This document shows, piece by piece, positions 47,400-59,300 of a DNA stretch of 64,000 nt. Within the stretch, counting starts at the first letter, position 1, and each line of letters opens with the position of its first letter. Source of the DNA: Candidatus Poribacteria bacterium (GTDB taxonomy: Bacteria; Poribacteria; WGA-4E; WGA-3G); the NCBI GenBank assembly GCA_963663765.2, contig CAXXUA010000013.1, positions 544,001 through 608,000 on the forward strand, read 5' to 3'. A program made the position numbers and the translations under genes. The notes below the pieces were generated by a model. That model made no database searches, was not told where the DNA came from, and saw only the letters and a list, made by a program, of their open reading frames with translations.

Positions 47400-50300
47400 C
47401 TATTTCCTAATCAACATCTTCCGTATTTTCGTATAATTCCCCGCATTGAATTTGATGAAATAGACGCCTCCTGCCACCTTCTCACCGAGATTGTTTTTAC
47501 CATCCCAATGCGCAGCACGAGGTCGGCTATAATACACTCCAGCTGCCCGATGTCCCAACGCCAACTCCCTAACGACGACACCACGCACATTGTAGATTGT
47601 GAGTGTGACATCCGATGCTTCGGATAACTTGTAGGGAATCCACGTTTCGGGGTTGAACGGGTTAGGATAGTTTGGTAGAAAGGCAGTTGAATCAGGTATT
47701 TGTAACAGATTGTTCAGCTGTGTAAGACTACTGAGCGGTGGGCTGCCTCTATCTTCGGTAACTTGGATTCTAACGTTGATAGATGTGCTATCATTATCTT
47801 CGCCACTATCATCAGTTGCAATGACAGTTACATTATATCTTGACCAGCCTAACGTTTCGTAGCTTAAGAATACTTCGTTCGTTTGTAATTGTCCGGTGGT
47901 GCTATCAATAATAAACTTTGAAGCATCTGTGCCACCGAGACTATAGGTCAAAGAATCTCCATCAAGGTCAATAGCTGTTACCGGATCGCCAAAGTCTTCA
48001 CCCTTATAAGCAGCATTCTCATTAACAAATCGAGTGGTTGATAATCCATCAGGAAAATATGGAGCAGCATTATTACCATCGATTACAATAATTGGTGATG
48101 ATTCTATAAGTACATAGCCATCATGATGGGAAGGTAGACTGGGGACTCCATCATTTATCACCACAACAGAGCCAGTGCTATCACTGTTACGCGTTACGGT
48201 GAATGTTGAACTGTCTGTTGATCCCTTTGGAATAGTAATACTTGTTACATCTCCACTGATACTTCCGTCCTGTACATATACCGGTAAGTCAATACTAAAA
48301 GGAGCACCGGTTGGAGCAACTGCCTTAACCTCACCACTACTAACTTTCACCAATGATATATTAAGAGGCAGCGGATTAACTTTATTCCTATCCAAATAAA
48401 GTTTTGTGAGACTGGTTAAACCTACAAACGTACCTGCAGGAATAGCAGACAATTCATTATTATCCAATTCAAGTTGTTCCAGATTTGTAAGATTCTTAAA
48501 GATTTCATCTGGTAATGTGCTGATTTTATTTGATTGAAGATCAAGTGTTGTCAGTGCTGTGAGGTTGTCAAAAACACCATCTGGAAGACTAGTTAACGGA
48601 CCATTCTTGAGTTCAAGTGTCTTAAGTGAAGTCAGATTGTCAAAGACAGCACCAGATATCGTTCCGAGCTCGTGCCAAATCAAGCCCAGGTATGTTAAAT
48701 TTGTGAGATTGTCAAAAATGCCATCTGGAAGTGTTGTTAAATCGTTATGAGACAAGTTGAGTGTTGTCAAACTGGTAAGATTGTCAAAAATGCCATCTGG
48801 AAGTGTTGTTAATTTGTTTCCAACCAAGTTGAGTCCTGTCAAACTCGTGAGACCGTCAAAATCACCAGATTTTAGACCATTTGTCCGTATATCATCACGT
48901 CCAATTAGATCTATTGCTCCTGTAATCGCTAAAAGATGGTCACTTGTAACAGCAGCAGCGTCGTCAACACCGGATACCTTTGCGACAATTGCGTCTCGTA
49001 CCGATGCTGTTCGTTCACTGACAGGGGTTATACTTGTGTTAACATCTCTGAATACGGTAAGCGAATTCTCTTTTGTAAAACTATAGCCCTCGTGTCCTGA
49101 AGGTAAGTCGGGCAGATCCCCGAAAGCTGCAGTGACAGCGGTAGTCGTCCCCATAGTACGAATAATAGTGATCGTCTCGCTATTTGTTGCACCTGCGGCT
49201 ATTGTAACACCAGTCCCACCACCGCTTATACTTCCATTCGTAACAGTGATAGGAAAGTCGAATTCAAAGGGTAAGCCTATCGGAGCAACTACCTTAATCT
49301 TACCGATAGAAACAAATTGTAATATTAAATTGATGGATAACGGATCCACCGTATTACCCCCTAATTTAAGTTCCGTGATATTGGTTAAACCTTCAAATGT
49401 ACCTGTAGGAACAGCAGACAAATCATTACCATCCAATTCAAGGGTTTCCAGATTTGTAAGATTCTGAAAAATCCCCACAGGTAATACGTTGATGTCATTG
49501 CTATCCAAGTCAAGTGTTGTCAGTGCTGTCAGGTTGTCAAAAATGCCTGCTGGAAGACTTGTTAAAGACGCACTCTCAAGTTCAAGACTTTCAAGAGAAG
49601 TTAGATTGTCAATGACATTATTCCCTAACGTTTGAATGTTGTTTGAATTTAAGTTGAGATGCGTCAAACTGGTAAGATCCGAAAAAATACCAGTTGGAGG
49701 TGTATTTAAATTGTTGCCAGACAAGTTAAGACCGGTCAAACTCGTGAGACCGTGAAAATCACCAGATTTGATCCCATTTGACTGTAAATTGCTATTAGAA
49801 CTTAGGTCTAATGTTCCAGTAATCGCTGCAAGATGCGTTACTGTAACATCCGCTGCATCGGTAACGCCAGATACCTTTGCGACAATAGCATCACGAACTG
49901 CTGCTGTTCGGTCACTCACAGGGGTTATATTTGTGTTTACTCCTGTGGATATCGTGAGTGAATCTCCTTTTATAAGACTATAACCCTGGTGTCCTGAAGG
50001 TAGCGAGGGCATATCTCCAAAAGCCACAACGACATCGTTCGCAGCACTCCCAGCACGAGTTACCGTTATAGTCTCACTTTCTGTCGCACCTGTTGGTATC
50101 GTTACACCCGTTGCACCCCCACTGATAATGCCATTCGTAACAATAATAGGAAGTTCCAATTCAAAGGGTGCGCCTATCGGAGCAACCGCTTTAATGTTAC
50201 CTCCTGGAACTGTCACAAAATCTATATTGATAGGCAGTGGTTCAACTGCGTTATCATATAAATAGAGTTCTTTTATATTGGTTAAACCGGCAAACGTTCC

Positions 50301-53300
50301 TGCAGGTATAGTAGACAATTCATTACCATCCAATTCAAGGATTTCCAGATTTGTAAGATTCTTAAAGATCCCATCAGGTAATATGCTGATATCCTGACCA
50401 TCCAGATCAAGTCTTGTCAGTGCTGTAAGGTTGTCAAAAACACCCGCTGGAAGACTTGTTAAGTTACCGGCTTCAAGCTCAAGTATCTTAAGCGAAGTCA
50501 GATTATCAAAGATTGTAGCAGATATCATTGCGATCTCGGTAAAATCCAAGTTAAGGTGTGTCAAACTGGTGAGGTTATCAAAAACGCCATCTGGAAGCGT
50601 TGTTAACTCGTTAAGAAAGAAATCAAGCAGTGTCAAACTGGTAAGATTGTCAAAAATACCATCTGGAAGTGTTGTTATATCGTTACTGATCAACTTGAGT
50701 GTTGTCAAACTGGTAAGATTGTCAAAAATGCCATCTGGAAGTGTTGTTAACTCGTTTCCAGTCAAGTCGAGTGTTGTCAAACTGGTAAGGTCGTCAAAAA
50801 TGCCATCTGGCAGTGCTGTTAACATGGTTGAAAGCAGGTTGAGTTCTGCCAAACTCGTGAGACCGTCAAAATCGCCAGATTTGAGACCATTTGCCCTGAT
50901 ACTTTCATCCCCAGCTAGGTTCAGTGTTCCTGTGATCGCTGCAAGATGTGTTTCTGTAACATCAGATGCATAATCCACACCAGATACCTTTGCGACGATA
51001 GCATCGCGTATCCCTGCTGTTCGGTTAGCGACAGGTATGAAACTCTCATTTGCGTCTGTGACATTGATCGTAACAGCAATCGTATCGCTATCATTACTTG
51101 CCCCACTATCGTCAGTGACCTTGACAGTTACCGAATAGGAAGTCTTCGTTTCATAGTTCAACGCTGCCCTTGTTTGGAGTTGTCCACTCGTGCTAACAAT
51201 AGAAAATGATGATGCATCTGTGCCTTCAAGTGTATAGGTCAATATGTCATCAGTATCATCATCTGTAGCCGCTACAGGTGCACCGAAATTTTGTCCTGAG
51301 TCAGTATTTTCTGCGACAGAACGCGTTGTGCTTTCACCATCAAATACGGGTGCGTTGTTTGTTATCTGCTGCGAGACACGGGTCACAAAAATCGTGCCTG
51401 ATATTTCTGCGGTGGCACTATCAGGATCTGTAGCAATTACCTTAATTGAGTAAGCGGAACTCGTATCGTCAATGAGTGCTTGCGTCACCTTGATTTGTCC
51501 TGAACTGCTATCAATATCAAACTTAGCTGCATCATCACCACCGAGACTATAACTCAATGTGTCGTCATCAGCATCGGTCGCAGTAACCTTATCACCGATG
51601 CTATCGCCTACAGAAGCGTTTGCAATGTCTGATATTCTGTAGGAGAAACTATTATTTGAAAATGAGGGGGCGGTGTTCTCACTGACATCATTCACATTGA
51701 TGGTAACAGCAATCGTATCACTATTATTACTTGCACCACTATCATCAGTGACCTTGACAGTTACCGAATAGGAAGTCTTTGTCTCATAGTCCAACGTTAC
51801 GCTGGTTTGCAGCTGACCACTTGTGCTGACAATAGAAAACGATGCTGCATCTGTGCCTTCAAGCGTATAGGTCAATGTGTCATCAGTATCATCATCTGTA
51901 GCAGCGACAGGTTCACCGATATTTTGTCCTGATGCGGTATTTTCTGCGACTGAAAGCGTTGTGCTTTCACCATCATCAAATACGGGTGGGTTGTTTGTGT
52001 TCTGCTGCGAGACACGGGTAACAAATATCGTTCCTGATATTTCAGCAGTTGCACTATCAGGATCCGTAGCAATCACCTTTATTGCGTAGGCGGAACTGGT
52101 ATGATCAATAAGAGACTGTGTGATTTTCAGTTGTCCAGAACTGCTATCAATATCAAACTTAGCTGCATCATCACCCCCGAGACTGTAGGATAAAGTATCC
52201 TCATCAGCGTCGGTCGCAGTAACCTTATCACCGATGCTATCGCCTACAGAAGCGTTTTCAATGTCTGATATTCTATAGGAGAAACTACTTTCTGAAAATG
52301 AGGGTGCGGTGTTCTCATTGACATCTGTAACGTTGATGGTTACGGCAATTGTGTTGGTCAATGTATCATCAGTTACCTTTACAGTTACCGAATATGAAGT
52401 TGTTGTTTCATAATCTAATGCAGCGTTTGTTTGGAGCTGTCCACTCGTGCTGACAATAGAAAATGATGATGCATCTGTGCCTTCAAGTGTGTATTCTAAG
52501 GTGTCACCTTCGGGGTCTGTCGCGGAAACTGCACTGCCGATATTCTGTCCTGATGCAGTATGTTCAGCTATAGACCGGGTGGTTGGTGAACTTTCTGTGA
52601 ATGTGGGTGCTTCGTTGACATCCGTAACATTGATAGTGACAGGGATTGAATCTGTTCCACCATTTCCATCGGAGACCGATACCGTCACGGAATATGTGTC
52701 TTTGGTTTCATGGTCAAGTGCAGCATTTGTTCTGAGCTGTCCATTTGTGCTGTCAATACTAAACGAAGCCGCATCTGTTCCACCGAGTGAGTATTCCAGT
52801 GTATCATCGGTATCGGGGTCGGTTGCTTCCACTTTATCTCCGATGTCAATACCGGTCCCTGTGTTTTCATTTACATTTAGGGTTATGCTTTCAGCCGTGC
52901 CAAACGAAGGGTCGTTGTTCTCATTCACATCATTAACATTGATGGTGACAGCGATTGAATCTGTTCCACCATTTCCATCTGAGACCGATACCGTCACGGA
53001 ATATGTGTTTTTGGTTTCATAGTCCAGCGCAGCATTTGTTCTTATCTGTCCAGATGTGCTGTCAATACTAAACGAAGCCGCATCTGTTCCACCGAGTGAG
53101 TATTCCAGTGTATCATCGGTATCGGGGTCGGTTGCTTCCACTTTATCTCCGATGTCAATACCGGTACCTGTATTTTCATTTACATTGCGGGTTATGCTTT
53201 CAGCCGTGCCAAACGAAGGGTTGCTGTTCTCATCAACATCGGTGACTTTGATGGTAACAGCGATTGAATCTGATCCACCATTTCCATCTGAGACCGATAC

Positions 53301-56300
53301 CGTCACGGAATATGTGTTTTTGGTTTCATAGTCGAGCGCAACATTTGTTCTTATTTGTCCAGATGTGCTATTAATACTAAAGGAAGCCGCGTCTGTGCCA
53401 CCAAGGCTGTATTCTAATGTATCATCATCCCCATCTGTAGCAGCGACAGCATCACCAATATCTACACCTGAGAGTGTATTTTCAGCGATGGATCGTTCCG
53501 TGCTTTCACCATCTGTGAAAACAGGCGCGCTGTTCTCATCCACATCGGTGACTTTGATGGTAACGGTAATGGAATCCGTTCCACCATTTCCATCCGAGAC
53601 AGAAACGGTTACGGAATATGTGCTTTTTGTTTCATAGTCCAGGGCAGCATTTGTTCGGATTTGTCCAGATGTGCTATTAATACTAAAGGAAGCCGCGTCT
53701 GTGCCGCCAAGACTGTAGTCTAATGTGTCATCATCCGCATCTGTAGCAGCGACAGCATCACCAATATCTACACCTGAGAGTGTATTTTCAGCGATGGATC
53801 GTTCCGTGCTTTCACCATCTGTGAAAACAGGCGCGCTGTTCTCATCAACATCGGTGACTTTGATGGTAACAGTGATTGAATCCGTTCCACCATTGCCATC
53901 GGAGACCGATACCGTAACAGAATATGCGTTTTTTGTTTCATAGTCCAGCGCAGCTTTTGTTCTGATTTGTCCGTTTGTGCTGCCGATTTCAAATGAAGCG
54001 GCATCTGTTCCACCGAGTGAATATTCCAGTGTGGCATCATCTGCATCTGTAGCGGTTATTGCTGTGCCGATGTTGACACCAGCCCCCGTATTTTCAGCGA
54101 TGGATCGTTCCGCGCTTTCCCCGTCTGTGAAAACAGGCGCGGTGTTCTCATCAACATCCGTAACATTGATGGTGACAGGGATTGAATCCGTTCCACCATT
54201 GCCATCGGAGACCGATACCGTAACAGAATATGCGTTTTTTGTTTCATAGTCGAGTGCAGCTTTTGTTCTGAGTTGTCCATTTGTGCTGCCGAGACTGAAA
54301 GAGCTTCTATCTGTTCCACCGAGTGAATATTCGAGTGTGTCATCGGTATCGGGATCAGTAGCGGCTACTGCTGCACCGATGTTGACACCTGAACCCGTAT
54401 TTTCCGCAATGGATCGTTCCGCGCTTTCGCTACCAAATGTGGGTGCTTCGTTAACATCCGTAACAGTGATAGTGACAGCTATTGTGTCGGTGGCATCTCC
54501 TGTGTCGGTCGCTATAACTGTAACCGTATATGAATTTTTGGTTTCATAAACAAGTGCTGCTTTTGTTTTTAATTGTCCAGAAGTGCTAACAATGTCGAAC
54601 GATGCAGCATCCGTGCCACCGAGACTGTAGGTTATGGTGTCCTCAGCGTCAGGATCTGTTGCAGTGATGACGTTACCTAAGTTTGTGCCAGCAGCAGTCT
54701 TCTCAGCGACTTGACGTGTAATGGAGTCCCCATCGTTAAATACCGGTGCTTCGTTGACGTTTGTAACATTGATCGTGACCGTGATCTCATCTTCCAACGT
54801 GCCATCAGAGACAGTAACTATTACCTCATAAGAAGTCTTCGTTTCATAGTTTAGTGCCGCGCTGGTTTTCAACTGACCTGTGTCACCATCAATAGCAAAT
54901 GAAGAGGCATCAGTGCCACTGAGTAGATAAGCAAGATTTTCACTATCTTCGTCAGTCGCAGCAATCGCAGTGCCGATGTTGGCATCAGCAGCAGTATTCT
55001 CTGCAATTGTCCGTGTAGCCTCGTCACCATCAGTGAACACAGGTGCAATGTTTGAAGGCGTCTCGTCTAAATCCCTGACATTGATTGTCACTGCAATGGA
55101 ATCCGTTAGACTGCCATCTGATACCGCAATGGTTACAGAATAGGATGTTTTTGTTTCATAATCAAGTGCAGCCTTTGTTTTCAATTGTCCGGTTGTGGAT
55201 TCAATGTCAAATGATGTACCGTTCGTGCCACCGAGGGTGTAAGTTAATGTCGTGCTGTCAACATCCGTTGCTGACACAGCACTGCCGATGTTGATGCCAG
55301 AACCTGCATTTTCTGCGATTGTGCGGGTTGTGCTGGTGCCAGCAGTAAAAACGGGTGCTTCGTTGACGTTAGTTATGTTGATTGTCACAGATATGCTGGA
55401 ACTGCCGCCTTGATCATCGGAGACAGTGATGGTGACTGAATATGAAGATTTTGTTTCGTAATCCAGTGCTGCACTCGTTCGGAGTTGACCTGAACTACTA
55501 TCAATACTAAAGGAAGCGGCATCTGCTCCACTCATCCTATAAGATAAAGTGTCATCATCAGCATCTGTCGCAGATACAACACTACCGATGTTCACATTAG
55601 AGGCAGTATTTTCAGCAATGGTACGTGTTGTGCTACTCCCATTTGTGAAGACGGGTGCGTTGTTGACAGGACTTTCGTCGATATCGTTGACATTAATTGT
55701 GACCGTGATACTTGCACTCCCACCATTCCCATCTGAAACAGTGATGGTGACTGAATATGAATCTTTCGTTTCATAATCCAGTGCTGCACTCGTTCGGAGT
55801 TGTCCTGAACTACTATCAATACTAAAGGAAGTGGCATCTGTTCCACTCAGACTGTAGGACAACGTATCATCATCAGCATCCGTCGCAGAAACAGCAGTGC
55901 TAATGTCTACACCAGATTTGGTATTCTCATCTACAGAGCGCGTAGTGGTGCTCCCATCTGTGAATGTGGGTGCTGTGTTCGTCGCTTCATCAACATCCGT
56001 AACATTGATAGTGATGTTTATAGTATCACTTCCTCCCTTTCCATCGGAGACGTTGATGGTGACTGAATAGGAAGATTTTGTTTCATAGTCAAGTGCTGCG
56101 CTTGTTCGCAATTGTCCGTTTGTGCTTCCAATGCTAAATGAGGATGCATCTGTTCCACCCAGACTATAAGTTAAAGTGTCATTGTCCTCATCTGTCGCAG
56201 AAACAGCACTGCCAATGTCTACACCGGAACCCGTATTCTCTGCGACTGAACGGGATGCAGTCTCACCTTCTGTGAAGACAGGTGCTGTGTTCGTCGCTTC

Positions 56301-59300
56301 ATCAACATCCGTGATGTTGATAGTGACAGCAATAGTATCACTTCCGCCTTTTCTATCTGAGACAGTGATAGTGACTGAATAGGATGACTTTGTTTCATAG
56401 TCAAGTGCTGTGCTTGTTCGCAATTGACCATTTGTACTTCCAATACTGAATGAAGCGGCATCTGTGCCCCCCAGACTGTAAGTTAAAGTGTCATTGTCAA
56501 CATCCGTTGCAGAAACAGCACTGCCAATGTCTACACCGGAACCCGTATTCTCATCTATGGAGCGCGTAGTGGTGCTCCCATCTGTGAAGACAGGTGCTGT
56601 GTTCGTCGCTTCATCAACATCCGTAACATTGATAGTGACAGCAATAGTATCGCTTCCTCCCTTTCCATCGGAGACGTTGATGGTGACTGAATAGGAAGAT
56701 TTTGTTTCATAGTCAAGTGCTGCACTTGTTCGCAATTGTCCGTTTGTGCTTCCAATACTAAATGAGGATGCATCTGAGCCACTTAGACTATAAGTTAAAG
56801 TGTCATTGTCCTCATCTGTCGCAGAAACAGCAGTGCCAATGTCTACACCTGACCCCGTATTCTCATCTACGGAGCGCGTAGTGGTGCTCCCATCTGTGAA
56901 TGTGGGTGCTGTGTTCGTCGTTTCATCAACATCCGTGATGTTGATAGTGATGTTGATAGTATCGCTTCCCCCTTTTCCATCGGAGACAGTGATGGTGACT
57001 GAATTGGAAGATTTTGTTTCATAGTCAAGTGCTGCGTTCGTTCGCAATTGACCATTTGCGCTGCCAATACTAAACGATGACGCATCCGTGCCACTTAGGC
57101 TATAGCTCAAGGTATCATCATCAGCATCTGTTGCAGAAACAGCAGTGCCAATATTGACACCCGAGCCCGTATTCTCTGCGACTGAACGGGATGCAGTCTC
57201 ACCTTCTGTAAAGATCGGTGCCGTATTCAGTGCTTCTTCAACATCTGAGACATTTATTGTTACGGTTATTGTGTCGCTTCCATCGTTATCATCAGAGACG
57301 GTAATAATCACTGAATAGGAGGTCCTTGTTTCATAGTCAAGTGCTGTGTTCGTTCGCAATTGACCATTTGTGCTACCAATACTGAATGAAGTCGCATCAG
57401 AACCACCGAGAATGTATGTTAAAGTATCATCGTCAGCATCTGTTGCTGATACAGGATTACCGATATTGACACCAGAACCCGTATTTTCAGCAACTGTTCG
57501 TGTAGTGGTGCTACCTTCTGTGAAAACAGGAGCGTTATTCGGGGGATCAGTATCCTCCCCATCCGTTGTTTCATCGGTCGTTGGTGTTTCTACGATGTCG
57601 GTAATGTTGATCGTAACATCAATACTGTCCGTAAGGCTGCCATCAGAAACAGTGATCGTCACTGAATAGGAGTCCTTTGTTTCGTAATCAAGCGCGACCT
57701 TTGTCTGTAGTTGCCCCGATGTGCTATTTATGCTTAAGGATGCTGCATCGGTGCCTGAAACCGTATAAGTTAAGGTATCATTGTTAGCATCTGTGGCAGT
57801 GACAGCGGAACCAATGTCTGATCCTGCATCAGTATTCTCGGCGATAGAACGGGTTGTATTTATCCCTTCGGTGAATACAGGTGGTGTATTGACTGCGCTG
57901 TAGATTTCCAAAGGTAACTCGTTAGATTTTGCCAGGGCATACCCAATATGGTTCGTCGGTAAATTGGGTAATGTGCCAAAGTCTACTGTCACATCATCAT
58001 AAGTGTCGGGTGTGCGGTTCACCATCAAGGGTTGACTTTCTACGCTGCCTTTCAAAATTGTGATTGTGGTTGCATTATTATTCAAACTGCCGTTTGCAAC
58101 AGTGATCGGCAGCACAATATCAACAGGTGCACCTTTTGATATGACAACTTTGATTTGGTTTTCTCCAACTTTTTGAATTGTCATATTCAGGGATAATGGA
58201 TCAACTGTATTGCCGCTCAAATCCAGTGATGTCAAGGATGATAAACCCTCAAATACACCATCAGGTAGACTTTGTAATTGGTTATTTGATAGATTCAGTG
58301 TTGATAGTGACAGTAATCCTTCAAAATCATCTGCTTTCAATGATGTAATGTCCATGTCACTTAGATCAAGCGATGTAATGGTAGCAAGGTCTGCTTCTGA
58401 TATGTTTCGGCAATCTTCTATACCTTGTAGCGCGGATACTATTACATCACTAACCTGTATTGTGCGGTTGCAGACAGTAGATTTTGCAAGGATATATCCG
58501 AAATGGTTAGGAGGAATGCTTGGTAAGTTACCGATATTTACATCTGTCGTTGTCGCAACAAAAGATCCACTTGTCACACTTCCTTTCGGTATTGTGATAT
58601 TAGCGACACTTGCCTCATTGATAGGTAACACGATGTCGAATGGCGCGCCTGTAGGAATTATGGCTCTGAACTCATTATCAGACACTTGTTGCAATGACAC
58701 CATCAACGGCATTGGTGCAACAAGGTTGCCACCTAAACGAATTGAAGTGAGCGAGGTAAGATCTTCAAAGATACGAACAGGCAGGTTACGCAACATATTT
58801 CCATATAGGTTTAAACTTGTTAAACTTGTCAATCCAGAAAAATCACCGCTTTTGAGTTCTGAAATACCAGCAGACCGAAGGTTTAGAGAAGTAATCGTTG
58901 CAAGATGCGTATCTGTTACATCTGCTGCTACACTTACATCCGGGATTGCTGCAACGATGGCATCACGCACCATTGGTGTCCGATCACTGACAGCAAGCAT
59001 CGTTGAAACCGCTGGCGTGTCATCTAAATCAATGACAATTATGATGACAGAAATAGTTGATGTGAGTGTTTCATCGGAAGCATTTACAGATACAATATAG
59101 ATTCGTTTTGTTTCATAGTCTAATGCATTTTTTGTTTTCAGTTGTCCAGTGTCACTATCAATACTAAAAGAATCTGCGTTTAAACCACTAAGCGTGTATG
59201 CTAATGTATCGTTTTCAGTATCAGTCGCAGAAACGGCATTGCCGATATTCACATCAGCTGCACTGTTTTCGGACACTGAACGCAAAGTAATATTGCCATC

